DNA from: Armatimonadota bacterium
GTDB lineage: Bacteria > Sysuimicrobiota > Sysuimicrobiia > Sysuimicrobiales > Humicultoraceae
Length of the DNA stretch: 64,000 bases
Direction: 5' to 3'
Assembly (NCBI GenBank): GCA_037443365.1
Contig: JBBIOM010000004.1
Coordinates: 1 to 64,000 of the forward strand
Positions 41,092 through 52,032 of this stretch are shown piece by piece; position 1 is the first letter of the stretch, and the number at the start of each line of letters is the position of its first letter. The translations under genes were made by a program, and so were the position numbers. The notes under the pieces are model-generated. The model was given only the letters and a program-made list of their open reading frames with translations. It did no database searches and was not told the DNA's origin.

Positions 41092-44060
41092 CGATCTCGC
41101 TCTCTGATCCCGCCGGGACACTCGAGGACCTCACGCCCGGCCAGGCCGCCGCGGTAACGCACGGCGACGGCCCGCTGCTCATCGTCGCCGGCGCCGGCAC
41201 CGGGAAGACGACCGTGATCACGCGCCGCATCGCGTGGCTGATCTCCACCCGGCGCGCGCGCCCCAGCGAGATCCTCGCGCTCACCTTCACCGACAAGGCG
41301 GCCGCCGAGATGGAGACGCGCGTGGACCAGCTCGTGCCCTACGGGTACGTCGACGCCTGGATCAGCACGTTCCACGCCTTCGGCGACAGGGTGCTGCGCG
41401 ATCAGGCAATCGAGGCCGGGCTGGCCCCGGACTTCCGTGTTCTGTCGCGCCCGGAGCAGTTCGTGTTCTTCCGCGATCGCCTCTTCCAGATGCCGCTCGA
41501 GAGGTACAGGCCGCTGGGCGATCCCACGCGCTACATCGACGCCCTGCTCACCTTGATCGCGCGCGCGAAGGACGAGGACATCTCTCCCGAGGCGTACGAG
41601 GCCTGGGCGGAGCGCCTGGCCCTGGAGGGACAGGCCGGTGAGACCGAAACGGCTCCCGGAGAGGACGCCGGGGCGCACCGTGAACTGGCCCGGGTCTACG
41701 CGGCCTACCAGCGCCTTCTGCTGGAGGCGGGTCGGGTCGATTTCGGCGACCTGATCTCGATCCCGCTCCGGCTGTTCCGCGACCGCCCCGATATCCGCAG
41801 GCAGTATCAGGAGCGGTTTCGCTACATCCTGGTGGACGAGTTCCAGGACACGAATCACGCCCAGTTCGAGCTCGTGAAGATCATGGCCGCCGGACACCGC
41901 AACATCACGGTGGTGGGAGATGACGACCAGGCGATCTACAAGTTTCGCGGGGCGGCGATAAGCAACATCCTGGGGTTTGCGGCCGCGTATCCCGACGCCA
42001 CACAGGTGGTGCTCACCGAGAACTTCCGCTCGCCCCAAACGGTCCTCGACGCCGCCTATCGCCTGATAAGGCACAACGATCCCGACCGGCTGGAGGCGCG
42101 CAACCAGCTCGACAAGCGCCTCGCCGCCCGCACCCCGGACCGGACTCCTGTCCGGCACATCCACTACGACACCCTCTCAAGCGAGGCCGAAGGCGTGGCG
42201 GAGATGATCGCCGACCACATCCGATCAGGCGGGCGCGCGCGGGACTGCGCCATCCTGGTGCGGGCCAACCGTGACGCCGACCCGTTCATGCGCGCGTTGA
42301 ACCTTCGCGGGATCCCCTGGTGGTTCTCGGGAACGCGCGGGCTCTACGACCGGGAGGAAGTGAGGGTGGCGCTGGCGTTCCTGCGCGTCCTGGCCGATCC
42401 CGCCGACAACCTGAGCCTGTACTACCTGGGCACGTCAGGCCTCTACGAGATCGACGGCGCCGACATGGCGCTGGCGCTCAACCAGGCAGGCCGCCGCAAC
42501 AGATCGCTGGAGCACACCCTCCGCAACCCGCGCTCCGCGCAGGGGCTGGGTGCCGAGATCTCTCCCGAGAGCAGGGCTTCCGTTGCCCGCATGCTCGAGG
42601 ATCTGGACGAGATGCGCGCGCTGATGCGTCACCACGCCACGGGGCGCGTGCTCTACGAGTACCTGGTCACCCGCACGGGTTACATCCGCCGGCTGGCCAC
42701 CTCGGGGCTGCCCGGCGACGAGGTGAAGGTGGCGAACCTGGCCCGCCTCTTCGACATCGTGGCGCGCCACGGCGAGGTCGCCGTGTACGATCGTGTACCC
42801 GAGTTTGTGCGCCGCATGGAGGACCTGATCGCCGCCGGGGACGACCCCCCATCGCCGGAGCCCGACCCGGATTTCGACGGCGTGCAGGTCCTGACCGTGC
42901 ACAAGGCCAAGGGCCTGGAGTTCCAGATGGTGTTCCTGGTCAACTGCGTGGCCGATCGGTTCCCATCGCGCGGCCGCTCCGAGCCGCTGCGGATTCCCGA
43001 CGACCTGGTGCGCGACAAAGAGGTGCTGCCCTCGGGCGACAGCCACCTGCAGGAGGAGCGGCGGCTGTTCTACGTCGGCATGACGCGCGCGAAGCAGCGC
43101 CTCGTGCTGACAAGCGGACGGGACTACGGAAACGTGCGCCCGCGCAAGATCAGCCGGTTCGTGCTGGAGGCCCTGGACGAACCGGCGGTTGAGGTGGCGG
43201 TGCTCGGGGTCTCGGCGGTCGAGTCGATAGCACGGCACGCCCCTCCAGCGGATGCGCCCGTGGTGCTGCCTGGCATCCTGCCGCCCGAGGCGACCGTGAA
43301 TCTCTCGTTCCGGCAAGTGGACGACTACCAGATCTGTCCGCTCAAGTACAAGTACACGCACGTGCTGCGCGTGCCGCTGCTGCGCGACCACCGTGTTGTG
43401 TACGGCGCGGCCGTGCATGCCGGGGCCATGGAGTACAACCGGCGCCGCGCGCGTGGACAGCCGATCGAACCCGAGCACCTGATACAGGCGTTCGAGCGCG
43501 CCTGGACCAGCGAGGGGTTCATCAGCCGCGAGCACGAGGACCAGCGAATGGCCGAGGGGCGCCAGGTCCTGCGAACATTCCTGGAGTTCCAGCGGGCCTC
43601 TGGCACGGTGCCGACGATGGTCGAGAGCAGGTTCGCGGTCCAGATCGGCAGCACGCGTGTAATTGGGCGGTGGGACCGCGTGGATCTGCATCGCCCCGAC
43701 AGGGCGGGCGCGGACGATGAAGCGGTTATCATCGACTTCAAGACGGCCGACGTGCGGGCTCAGAAGGACGCCGACCGCAGGGCCAAGGAGAGTCTCCAGC
43801 TCGACATCTACGCCCTTGCCTTCCATAGCCACTACGGCCGCATGCCCAATCGGCTGGAGCTGCATTTCCTGGGGCCCAGGCAGGTTCTGGTGGGGACCGC
43901 CACACCTACCCAAGCAAGGCTGGATGCCGCGTCTGGGGCAATCGAGGCCGCGGCCGCGGGCATCCGCAGCCGGGAGTTCACCGCGACCCCCGACTACTAC
44001 CGGGCCTGCCGGTACTGCGCCTTCGCTTCGATTTGCCCCTACACCGCGGGGGAGGACTAG
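41088..44060 (+). CDS. UvrD/PcrA-family helicase fused to a C-terminal PD-(D/E)xK nuclease
   Basis: AGAGTGKT, VDEFQDTN, GDDDQAIY, TVHKAKGLEF, EERRLFYVGMTRA; C-terminal CPLKY, GRWDRVD, IIDFKT, QLDIY, CRYCAFASIC. Confidence 0.92.
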   Translation: MTISLSDPAGTLEDLTPGQAAAVTHGDGPLLIVAGAGTGKTTVITRRIAWLISTRRARPSEILALTFTDKAAAEMETRVDQLVPYGYVDAWISTFHAFGDRVLRDQAIEAGLAPDFRVLSRPEQFVFFRDRLFQMPLERYRPLGDPTRYIDALLTLIARAKDEDISPEAYEAWAERLALEGQAGETETAPGEDAGAHRELARVYAAYQRLLLEAGRVDFGDLISIPLRLFRDRPDIRRQYQERFRYILVDEFQDTNHAQFELVKIMAAGHRNITVVGDDDQAIYKFRGAAISNILGFAAAYPDATQVVLTENFRSPQTVLDAAYRLIRHNDPDRLEARNQLDKRLAARTPDRTPVRHIHYDTLSSEAEGVAEMIADHIRSGGRARDCAILVRANRDADPFMRALNLRGIPWWFSGTRGLYDREEVRVALAFLRVLADPADNLSLYYLGTSGLYEIDGADMALALNQAGRRNRSLEHTLRNPRSAQGLGAEISPESRASVARMLEDLDEMRALMRHHATGRVLYEYLVTRTGYIRRLATSGLPGDEVKVANLARLFDIVARHGEVAVYDRVPEFVRRMEDLIAAGDDPPSPEPDPDFDGVQVLTVHKAKGLEFQMVFLVNCVADRFPSRGRSEPLRIPDDLVRDKEVLPSGDSHLQEERRLFYVGMTRAKQRLVLTSGRDYGNVRPRKISRFVLEALDEPAVEVAVLGVSAVESIARHAPPADAPVVLPGILPPEATVNLSFRQVDDYQICPLKYKYTHVLRVPLLRDHRVVYGAAVHAGAMEYNRRRARGQPIEPEHLIQAFERAWTSEGFISREHEDQRMAEGRQVLRTFLEFQRASGTVPTMVESRFAVQIGSTRVIGRWDRVDLHRPDRAGADDEAVIIDFKTADVRAQKDADRRAKESLQLDIYALAFHSHYGRMPNRLELHFLGPRQVLVGTATPTQARLDAASGAIEAAAAGIRSREFTATPDYYRACRYCAFASICPYTAGED

Positions 44061-44092
44061 CACACCCTACTGCGGGCGGAAGGGAGGCGGGC

Positions 44093-45148
44093 GTGAGCAC
44101 CCTGGATGTGGTCATGTTGGCGGCCGCGGCCGCGGCCGGCGCCGGCCTGGCCGTCCTGGCCCTGCGGCGGCGCGAGGGGCCTGACGCCGGGCTGCTGATG
44201 CTACAACAGCAGCTCGACGCGCTGCGCGGGCAGATGTCGCAACGCCTTGACGAGGTAGGCCGCAACGTCGCCGAACGCCTGGACGCGAACCTGCAGATGG
44301 TGGGCCAGCGGTTCACGGAGACCGCGGGTCTGGTGACAACGGTGCACGAACGGTTGAAGGGAGTGGAGGAGGCCGCCGGCCGGATCTACGATCTTGGCCG
44401 TGACCTGGCCTCCCTGCAGGAGATCCTGCGGCCGCCCAAGCTGCGCGGCGGCGTGGGCGAACTGCTCCTTGAGAACCTCCTGCGCGACCGCCTGCCGGAG
44501 TCCATCTTCGAGATGCAGCACCGCTTCCCCAACGGCATGGTGGTGGATGCGGTGATCCGCCTGGGGGATAGGCTGGTGCCCGTGGATTCGAAGTTTCCCC
44601 TGGAGGGCTTCCAGGCGATGCTGCGGTCCGCATCCGACGAGGAACGCGCAAGGACCAGGCGGGAGTTCGATCGCCAGGTCCAGGCGCACGTCAGGACCAT
44701 AGCCGAGAAGTACATCCTGCCCGAGGAGGGCACGTACGACTTCGCGCTGATGTACGTGCCCGCGGAGAACGTGTACTACGAGGCCGTCGTGCGAGGGGAC
44801 GAGGCAGGAGGCCTCTACCAGTACTGCATGGAGCGCCGCGTGATCCCGGTCTCGCCCACCACCTTCTACGCGTACCTTGTGGCGCTGGTCTACGGCCTCA
44901 AGGGGCTCCAGGTGGAGCGCCAGGCTGGCCAGATCCGCGAAGGGCTGGCGCATCTGGCGGCGGACATCGGGCTGGTCAGGGAGCCCATGGCCAGGCTGGG
45001 CGAGCAGATTCGGCGGGCCCAGAACAACTACGAGGTCGCGCGCCGGGCGCTGGACCGCTTCGGAGACCGGCTGCAGAGCCTGGGCGGCGTTCCCATTCCC
45101 GAGGGGCCCGAGGAGGCGCTGCCGCAGGCGTCGCAGCCCGATTCTTGA
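44093..45148 (+). CDS. rmuC: DNA recombination protein RmuC
   Basis: N-terminal TM and coiled coil, RGGVGELLLE, VDSKFP, IAEKYI, FALMYVPAE. Confidence 0.9.
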   Translation: MSTLDVVMLAAAAAAGAGLAVLALRRREGPDAGLLMLQQQLDALRGQMSQRLDEVGRNVAERLDANLQMVGQRFTETAGLVTTVHERLKGVEEAAGRIYDLGRDLASLQEILRPPKLRGGVGELLLENLLRDRLPESIFEMQHRFPNGMVVDAVIRLGDRLVPVDSKFPLEGFQAMLRSASDEERARTRREFDRQVQAHVRTIAEKYILPEEGTYDFALMYVPAENVYYEAVVRGDEAGGLYQYCMERRVIPVSPTTFYAYLVALVYGLKGLQVERQAGQIREGLAHLAADIGLVREPMARLGEQIRRAQNNYEVARRALDRFGDRLQSLGGVPIPEGPEEALPQASQPDS

Positions 45149-45174
45149 CACTGTTTTCGGTCCGTCGGTACAAT
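45145..45174 (+). promoter_or_regulatory. rny promoter
   Basis: TTGACA-18 nt-TACAAT. Confidence 0.75.
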
Positions 45175-45246
45175 CGAGTGAAAGGGCAGCAAGTATCCTT
45201 CCAAACCGGAGGGTGATGCCGCAACAACCCAGCACAACCGAGGGAG

Positions 45247-46797
45247 GTGACCACCATCGAAGCCATGGGCCCGTACGTAGTCACCGTGGTCGCGGCCCTG
45301 ATCGCGCTCCTCCTCGGGTACCTCCTGCGCAGAACCATCGCCGAGGCGCGGATAGAATCGGCCGAAGTGGCCGCACGACAGATCCTTGAGGAAGCAAGGA
45401 AGGAGGCAGAAGCCCGGCAGCGGGAAGCCGTCGTTGAAGCCAAGGACGAGGCGTTCCGCCTCAAGCGTGAAGCGGAGAAAGAGATCCGTGAACTGCGCGC
45501 GGATCTCCTGCGGCAAGAGCGGCGTTTGGCACAGCGAGAGGAGAACCTCGAGCGCAAGATCGAAGGCTTTGAGAAGCGCGAGCACCATCAGGCGGAAGAG
45601 GAACAACGCATCGCCCAACTGCGCGAGGAAGCCGCACGGCACAAGCACGCGCAGCAGGCTGAACTCGAGCGGATCGCGGGCCTGACCTCGGAGGAGGCCC
45701 GCGCCCAGGTCCTGTCGGCCGTCGAGGTCAGCACGCGGAACGAAGCCGTACAACTCATTCGTCGCATTGAGAGCGAGGCCCGGGACGAGGGCGACCGCCG
45801 AGCCCGCGAGATCCTGGCACTGGCCATCCAGCGGTGCGCGGCCGAGCACACGGCCGAGGTCACCGTTTCGGTCGTACCCCTTCCCAACGAGGACATGAAG
45901 GGCCGCATCATCGGCCGCGAGGGCCGGAACATCCGAACCCTGGAGAGCCTCACCGGCGTGGATCTGATCGTTGACGACACGCCGGAGGCCGTCACGGTCT
46001 CCTCGTTTGATCCCGTCCGTCGCGAAGTGGCCAGGCTGGCGCTGGAGAAGCTGATGGCGGACGGCCGAATCCACCCCGGCAGGATTGAGGAGGTGGTCGA
46101 GAAGGCACGCGCCGAGGTCGAGGAGCGTGTGCGCTCAGACGGCGAGCAGGCCGCGTTCGAGGCCAACGTCCACGGTCTGCACCCGGAGGAGGTGCAGGTC
46201 CTGGGGAGGCTCAAGTACCGTCACTCCTATGGCCAGAACCTGCTCCGCCACTCCATTGAGGTGTCGCTGCTGTCAGGGTTGCTCTCCACGCACTTGGGCG
46301 CCGATACGGCGCTGGCCCGGCGGGCCGGGCTGCTGCACGACATCGGCAAGGCCCTCACGCACGAGGCGGAGGGGACCCATGTCACGCTAGGGGCCGACCT
46401 GTGCAGACGCTACCACGAGCCTCCCGAGGTGATGAACGCGATCGCCTATCATCACGGCGAGGAGGAGCCCGCGTGCCTGGAGGCGGTGATCGTGGCCGCC
46501 GCCGATGCGATCTCGGCCAGCCGGCCCGGCGCCCGCAGGGAGACCGTCGAGCTGTACATCAAGCGCCTGCAGGCGCTCGAGGAGCTGGCCACATCGTTCG
46601 ACGGCGTGGAGAAGGCCTACGCGATCCAGGCCGGGCGCGAGATACGGGTCATCGTCAGGCCGACCGAGGTGGATGACGCCGGCGCGACGATCCTCGCCCG
46701 CGACCTGGCACGCAAGATCGAGGAGCAGCTGAAGTACCCCGGGCAGATCAAGGTAACGGTCCTCCGCGAGACCCGGGTTGTGGAGTACGCGCGGTGA
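45247..46797 (+). CDS. rny: ribonuclease Y
   Basis: N-terminal TM, coiled coil, [13 protein letters not shown] (KH), LLHDIGK (HD). Confidence 0.97.
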   Translation: MTTIEAMGPYVVTVVAALIALLLGYLLRRTIAEARIESAEVAARQILEEARKEAEARQREAVVEAKDEAFRLKREAEKEIRELRADLLRQERRLAQREENLERKIEGFEKREHHQAEEEQRIAQLREEAARHKHAQQAELERIAGLTSEEARAQVLSAVEVSTRNEAVQLIRRIESEARDEGDRRAREILALAIQRCAAEHTAEVTVSVVPLPNEDMKGRIIGREGRNIRTLESLTGVDLIVDDTPEAVTVSSFDPVRREVARLALEKLMADGRIHPGRIEEVVEKARAEVEERVRSDGEQAAFEANVHGLHPEEVQVLGRLKYRHSYGQNLLRHSIEVSLLSGLLSTHLGADTALARRAGLLHDIGKALTHEAEGTHVTLGADLCRRYHEPPEVMNAIAYHHGEEEPACLEAVIVAAADAISASRPGARRETVELYIKRLQALEELATSFDGVEKAYAIQAGREIRVIVRPTEVDDAGATILARDLARKIEEQLKYPGQIKVTVLRETRVVEYAR

Positions 46798-46801
46798 GCG
46801 A

Positions 46802-47599
46802 GTGAACATCCTGTTTGTGGGAGATGTCACAGGGAAGCCGGGCAGGCGCCTCCTCGCTGAGCGCCTGCCCGCTCTCCGGCGGTCGCGCGATCTCGACGTC
46901 GTGATCGCCAACGCCGAGAACGCCGCAGGGGGGAGGGGCCTGACCGCGCATGTGGCCGAGGAGATGTTCGCCGCCGGGGTGGATGTGATCACGTCCGGCA
47001 ATCACATCTGGAACAACCGGGAGGCATACGATCTCCTCGACGCCGACCCACGCATCCTGCGTCCGGCCAACTATCCGCCCGGGGTGCCCGGGCGGGGAGC
47101 GGCGGTGCTGGCGACCGCGGGCGGCGCCACGATCGGCGTGATCAACCTGCAGGGACGCGTGTTCATGGCTGAGCTGGACGATCCGTTCCGCCTGGCGCGG
47201 AGCCTTGCGAATGAGCTGCGGGCCAAGGTGCCCGCGGTGGTTGTGGACTTCCATGGAGAGGCCACGTCAGAGAAGGTCGCCATGGGATGGCACCTGGACG
47301 GCTTTGTGAGCGCGGTCATCGGCACGCACACGCACGTGCAGACGGCCGACGAGCGCGTTCTGCCCGAGGGCACCGCCTACATCACCGATGTGGGCATGAC
47401 AGGACCGCGCGACGGCATCATCGGCATGGCCCGCTCGGCGGTGCTGGAACGCTTCATGACGCAGCTCCCGGCGCGTTTCGAGGTGGCCGCAGGTCCGGTA
47501 ATGCTGAACGCGGTGCTGGTGACCGTCGCCGCCGACGGCCGGGCCACCGCGATCGAGCGCATCCAGGAAGTCGCAGGGGACGGGCCGCGTGCGGATTGA
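46802..47599 (+). CDS. ymdB: YmdB-family metallophosphoesterase (TIGR00282)
   Basis: GDVTGKPG, NAENAAGG, DFHGEATSEK, GTHTHVQTAD. Confidence 0.92.
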   Translation: MNILFVGDVTGKPGRRLLAERLPALRRSRDLDVVIANAENAAGGRGLTAHVAEEMFAAGVDVITSGNHIWNNREAYDLLDADPRILRPANYPPGVPGRGAAVLATAGGATIGVINLQGRVFMAELDDPFRLARSLANELRAKVPAVVVDFHGEATSEKVAMGWHLDGFVSAVIGTHTHVQTADERVLPEGTAYITDVGMTGPRDGIIGMARSAVLERFMTQLPARFEVAAGPVMLNAVLVTVAADGRATAIERIQEVAGDGPRAD

Positions 47600-48452
47600 C
47601 CTTCACACCCACACCGTGGCCTCGGACGGCCTCTTGGATCCCGGAGCACTGGTCGCCGAGGCCCGGTCGCGCGGCGTGGGGATACTCGCGGTCTGCGACC
47701 ACGACTCGACCGCCGGGGTGGACGACGCCGTTGCCGCCGGCAGGAAGCTCGGCGTGGAGGTCTGGCCCGCGCTGGAGCTATCCTGCGACGTCGACGATGG
47801 AGAGGTCCACCTGCTGGGGTACTTCGTGGATCATCGCCAGAACTGGTTGCAGGCGCTCCTGGGGCGGCTGCGGGAGGGCCGCTCGGACCGCGCCGCGCGC
47901 ATGGTCGGCAGGCTGGCGGCGCTGGGAGCGCCGGTTGCGCATGAGCGCGTGGCGACCCTGGCGGCAGGGGGCGCGATCGGCAGACTGCACGTGGCCCGGG
48001 CGCTCGTCGAGGCCGGGCACGTACGCGACGTCAACGAGGCGTTCGACCGATTCATCGGACGAGGGCGGCCCGCCTACGCCGAGCGGCTCAAGCTTTCCCC
48101 TGAGCAGGCCGTCGCCCTGATCCGCGCGGCCGGCGGCCTGGCCGTGCTGGCGCATCCTGGCGTGGCGAATGGTGGCGCGCGAATCCCTGCGTTGGTCGAG
48201 GCCGGCCTGGACGGGCTTGAGGTCTACTACCCGGACCACAGCCCGTCCCAGGTAGAGGAGTACAGGGCGCTCGTTGCGAGGATGGGGCTTCTGGCCACTG
48301 GCGGCACCGACTTCCACGGCGGCGCCGCCTCCACCCACATGCCGGTGGGCGGTCAGTACGTGCCCGAATCGGTAGTCGCCCCGATCCGCGAGGCCGCGGC
48401 GCACCGGAAGGCCGCTTCCGAACCGCCGGCGATCGAGATACTGCCAGGGTGA
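47589..48452 (+). CDS. PHP-domain phosphoesterase
   Basis: DLHTHTVASDG, CDHD, AHP, GGTDFHG. Confidence 0.9.
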   Translation: MRIDLHTHTVASDGLLDPGALVAEARSRGVGILAVCDHDSTAGVDDAVAAGRKLGVEVWPALELSCDVDDGEVHLLGYFVDHRQNWLQALLGRLREGRSDRAARMVGRLAALGAPVAHERVATLAAGGAIGRLHVARALVEAGHVRDVNEAFDRFIGRGRPAYAERLKLSPEQAVALIRAAGGLAVLAHPGVANGGARIPALVEAGLDGLEVYYPDHSPSQVEEYRALVARMGLLATGGTDFHGGAASTHMPVGGQYVPESVVAPIREAAAHRKAASEPPAIEILPG

Positions 48453-48493
48453 TCCTGCACGACCGATTCAGAGGAGACGAGAGGAGCACATGA

Positions 48494-48709
48494 ATGCGTT
48501 GCCCCAAGTGCGGTGCCGACAATCCCCAGGGGCGCACCCTGTGTGTGCGCTGCAGTACCCGTTTGCGTCCCCTGCCCGGAGGAGGCCCCTCCCCGGCGGA
48601 CCCAGGTGAGGCCCTGATGCCGCGCCTGCGCGCCGACCTGGCGCGCCTTGCCTTGGTCACGGCCGTCGTGGTGGCCGTAGCCATGGTCATGGGCACGCTT
48701 CTGCGCTGA
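48494..48709 (+). CDS. small zinc-ribbon membrane protein
   Basis: CPKCG...CVRC, C-terminal TM; GAGGAG RBS. Confidence 0.75.
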   Translation: MRCPKCGADNPQGRTLCVRCSTRLRPLPGGGPSPADPGEALMPRLRADLARLALVTAVVVAVAMVMGTLLR

Positions 48710-48715
48710 TCCGAC

Positions 48716-50113
48716 ATGCCCGAGGAGGGTCCGCCCCTGCGCCTCCTGCCCTCAGTGGACCGAGTGGTGGAGGAGTTGCGCCGGCGGGGTCTGCTCGATG
48801 CGTTCTCACGCAGGGCGGCCACGCTGGCGGTCCAGCATGCGGTGGACGAGGCGCGCCGCGCGCTACGTGAGGGAGGAGGCGGCGTGGAGCACGAAGCCAT
48901 CGCGGATCGCGCCGCGGCAGTGCTGCGGCGGCAGTTCGGCGGCGGTCCCAGGCGCGTCATCAACGCGAGCGGCATCATACTGCACACAAACCTCGGACGC
49001 GCTCCCCTCTCCGTGGCGGCGCAGGCGGCGCTGGGTGAAGTCTCGTCCGGCTACTGCGCCCTGGAGATCGACCTGGAGAGCGGGGAGCGCGGCAGCCGCG
49101 CCGCGCACGTCGAGCCGCTGCTGACCGCCCTGACCGGGGCCGAGGCCGGCTTCGCGGTGAACAACGCCGCAGCCGCGGTCGTGCTTGCCCTGGCGGCCCT
49201 GGCCACCGGACGCGAGGTGCTGGTCGGGCGCGGCGAGCTCGTTGAGATCGGAGGCGGATTCCGGCTGCCCGACGTCATGCGCGCAAGCGGCGCCCGCCTC
49301 GTGGAGGTGGGAACGACCAACCGTACGTACCTGTCGGACTACGCGAGGGCACTGGGCGAACAGACGGGCATGTTGCTGAAGGTGCATCGGAGCAACTTCT
49401 CCCAGAGCGGGTTCGTGCAGGATGTCGCGCTGTCCGAGCTTGTGGAGCTCGGGCGGAGCCGCGACGTTCCGGTCGTGCATGATCTGGGCAGCGGCTGCCT
49501 TGTTGACACGGTGCGCGTGGGACTCCCGGCAGAGCCGATGGTGCAGGCCTCGGTAGCGCAGGGCGCGGATCTGGTGATCTTCAGCGGCGACAAACTGCTG
49601 GGCGGGCCGCAGGCCGGCGTGATCGTGGGGAGGCGCGCCACGACGGACCGCTGCCGGTCCCATCCGATGGCCAGGGCCGCGCGCCTGGACAAGTTGAACC
49701 TGGCAGCGCTTGTGGCCACCCTGCGCGCCCATCTCGACCAGGACCGGGCGTGGAAGGAGATCCCGATCCTGGCGATGCTGGCGCGCGCCCCCGGGGCGCG
49801 CCGCGCTCTGGCGCGGCGCCTGGCCAGAGGGGTACTGGGGGCCGTGGGAGGGGCGGCCTCGGTGGATGTCGTGCCCACGCACGGAGAGGTGGGAGGAGGT
49901 GCGCTTCCCGGCGCCTCGATTCCGTCCTGGGCCGTCAGGATCTCCCCTGTATCTGCGCGGCCCGAGGATTGGGCCGCACGCCTCCGGACGGGATCCGTGC
50001 CGGTGCTCGGTTTCATGCGGGAAGGCGCACTGCATCTGGACGTCCTGGCGCTGCTGCCCGGGGAGGAGCGGCGGATCCCGGCGCTGCTTCGGGCCGCCGC
50101 TTTCCCCGACTGA
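48716..50113 (+). CDS. selA: L-seryl-tRNA(Sec) selenium transferase
   Basis: [48 protein letters not shown] (PLP Lys). Confidence 0.96.
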   Translation: MPEEGPPLRLLPSVDRVVEELRRRGLLDAFSRRAATLAVQHAVDEARRALREGGGGVEHEAIADRAAAVLRRQFGGGPRRVINASGIILHTNLGRAPLSVAAQAALGEVSSGYCALEIDLESGERGSRAAHVEPLLTALTGAEAGFAVNNAAAAVVLALAALATGREVLVGRGELVEIGGGFRLPDVMRASGARLVEVGTTNRTYLSDYARALGEQTGMLLKVHRSNFSQSGFVQDVALSELVELGRSRDVPVVHDLGSGCLVDTVRVGLPAEPMVQASVAQGADLVIFSGDKLLGGPQAGVIVGRRATTDRCRSHPMARAARLDKLNLAALVATLRAHLDQDRAWKEIPILAMLARAPGARRALARRLARGVLGAVGGAASVDVVPTHGEVGGGALPGASIPSWAVRISPVSARPEDWAARLRTGSVPVLGFMREGALHLDVLALLPGEERRIPALLRAAAFPD

Positions 50114-52032
50114 TGCATCCGGTCACAATCGGCACCGCAGGGCACATAGACCACGGCAAGAGCGCGCTGGTGCGGGCGCTGACCGGCACCGACCCCGACC
50201 GCCTGGCCGAGGAGCAACGGCGCGGAATGACCCTTGATCTGGGCTTCGCGCACCTGGACCTGCCTGGGGGCCGGCGCGTGGGCATAGTGGATGTGCCAGG
50301 ACACGAAGCGCTCGTGCACAACATGCTGGCCGGGGCCGGAGGCATAGATCTGGTCATGCTCGTGGTGGCCGCCGACGAAGGCGCGATGCCACAGACACGG
50401 GAGCATGTGGACATCCTGCGCTTCCTCTGCCCCTGGGGCGGTGTGGTGGTCATCAGCAAGATGGACCTTGGGCCTGACCCGGAATGGCTGGCCGCGGTCG
50501 AGGAGGACCTTTCCGGGCTTGTGGCTGGGACGGCCCTGGAGGGCGCGCCGCTCGTGCACGTCTCGGCCAGGACCGGCGACGGGCTGGCAGAGCTGGTGCG
50601 CGTGCTCGCACGCCTGGTGGAGCAGGTACCGGAGAGATCGGCCGACGGTCCGGCACGCATGCCCGTGGATCGCTCCTTCACGATGCAGGGATTTGGCACC
50701 GTGGTAACCGGCACGGTATGGAACGGGCGCATCCTGCAAGGGGACACCCTGGTGCTGCTGCCATCGGGCCGGCAGGCAAGGGTGCGTGGCATCCAGGTCC
50801 ACGGCGTGGCTGTACCTGAGGCGACGGCGGGCAGCCGGGCCGCGGTCAATCTGGCCGGAGTCGAGAAGAGCGAGGCCAGGCGGGGCGACGTCCTGGCCAC
50901 GCCCGGCGCTTTCCGCGTCACCGACCGGCTGGACGTCCGCCTGAGACTCCTTCCTCACGCGCCCGCGCTGCGGCACGCCGCGCGGCTGCACGTCCACATC
51001 GGCGCCGGCGAGACCATCGGACGCGCGGTGCTGGCCGGACGCGGCGCGCTGGCCCCCGGCGAGGAGGGACTGGCCCAGATCCGCCTGGAGGCCCAGGTGG
51101 TCGCCGTGCATGGCGATCGGTTCGTGGTGCGGCGCTACTCGCCCACGAGCACCGTCGGGGGCGGGACCGTCCTGAACCCCGCGCCGTCGCGGCGACGCCG
51201 CGGTACACCTGCCGCGGCCGAGATGGACGCAGGCGAGAAGGGAGGCGCCGGGGCGCTCGTCGTGGCCGCGGTTACAGCGCGGGGACGCGCCGGAATGGCT
51301 CCCTCTGAGGTCGCGGCCGAATCTGGCGTGACCGAGCCCGTCGCCCGGGCCGCGCTTGCGAAGGCGGTTGAGGAGGGCGCCGTCCAGGACGTGGGCGCCC
51401 GCGTCTACGCGACGTCGGCGGTGCTCGAAACGCGCCGCGCCATAGAGGAAGCCCTGGGAGCATACCACAGGGCCGAGCCGTGGCGCCGCGGCATGCCGCG
51501 CGAGGAGCTCAAGAGGCGGGTACAGGCCGGGCCCCGCGACCCTCTGCTGGAGGCGGTGCTGGCACAGCTCTTGGGCGCGGGGGGCCTGGTGGAGACCCGA
51601 GGCTTGCTGGCGCTGGCAGGGCACACACCGAGGGTGGGGGAGGGCGAAAGGGCGCTGCGCGAGGCCCTCCTGGCGTTGCTGGAGCGGGCGGGTATCCAAC
51701 CCCTCCCGGGCGGGGAAATCGAGCGCCTGGGGCCTCCCAGTGCCCTGAACAGGGCGTTCCAGGCGCTGATCGACGAGGCCCTGGCCGTGCAGATAGCGCC
51801 CGACCTGCGGATCGCCGCGCGCGCGGCGGAGCAGGCCCGGCAGGCCGTGCTCGAGATGCTCCAACAGGGTACGCCAGTGAGTGTGGCGTCGCTACGTGAC
51901 CGGCTTCAGACCAACAGGAAGTACGCGCTGGCCCTGCTGGAGTACCTGGATTCGGCGCGGGTTACGCGCCGCGTGGGCGACCGGCGGATCCCCGGCCCCC
52001 TGGCCGAGCAGCCGCTCTGGCCGCCTGGCTAG
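50113..52032 (+). CDS. selB: selenocysteine-specific elongation factor
   Basis: [31 protein letters not shown]-terminal winged helix [24 protein letters not shown] coupling to selA. Confidence 0.96.
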   Translation: MHPVTIGTAGHIDHGKSALVRALTGTDPDRLAEEQRRGMTLDLGFAHLDLPGGRRVGIVDVPGHEALVHNMLAGAGGIDLVMLVVAADEGAMPQTREHVDILRFLCPWGGVVVISKMDLGPDPEWLAAVEEDLSGLVAGTALEGAPLVHVSARTGDGLAELVRVLARLVEQVPERSADGPARMPVDRSFTMQGFGTVVTGTVWNGRILQGDTLVLLPSGRQARVRGIQVHGVAVPEATAGSRAAVNLAGVEKSEARRGDVLATPGAFRVTDRLDVRLRLLPHAPALRHAARLHVHIGAGETIGRAVLAGRGALAPGEEGLAQIRLEAQVVAVHGDRFVVRRYSPTSTVGGGTVLNPAPSRRRRGTPAAAEMDAGEKGGAGALVVAAVTARGRAGMAPSEVAAESGVTEPVARAALAKAVEEGAVQDVGARVYATSAVLETRRAIEEALGAYHRAEPWRRGMPREELKRRVQAGPRDPLLEAVLAQLLGAGGLVETRGLLALAGHTPRVGEGERALREALLALLERAGIQPLPGGEIERLGPPSALNRAFQALIDEALAVQIAPDLRIAARAAEQARQAVLEMLQQGTPVSVASLRDRLQTNRKYALALLEYLDSARVTRRVGDRRIPGPLAEQPLWPPG

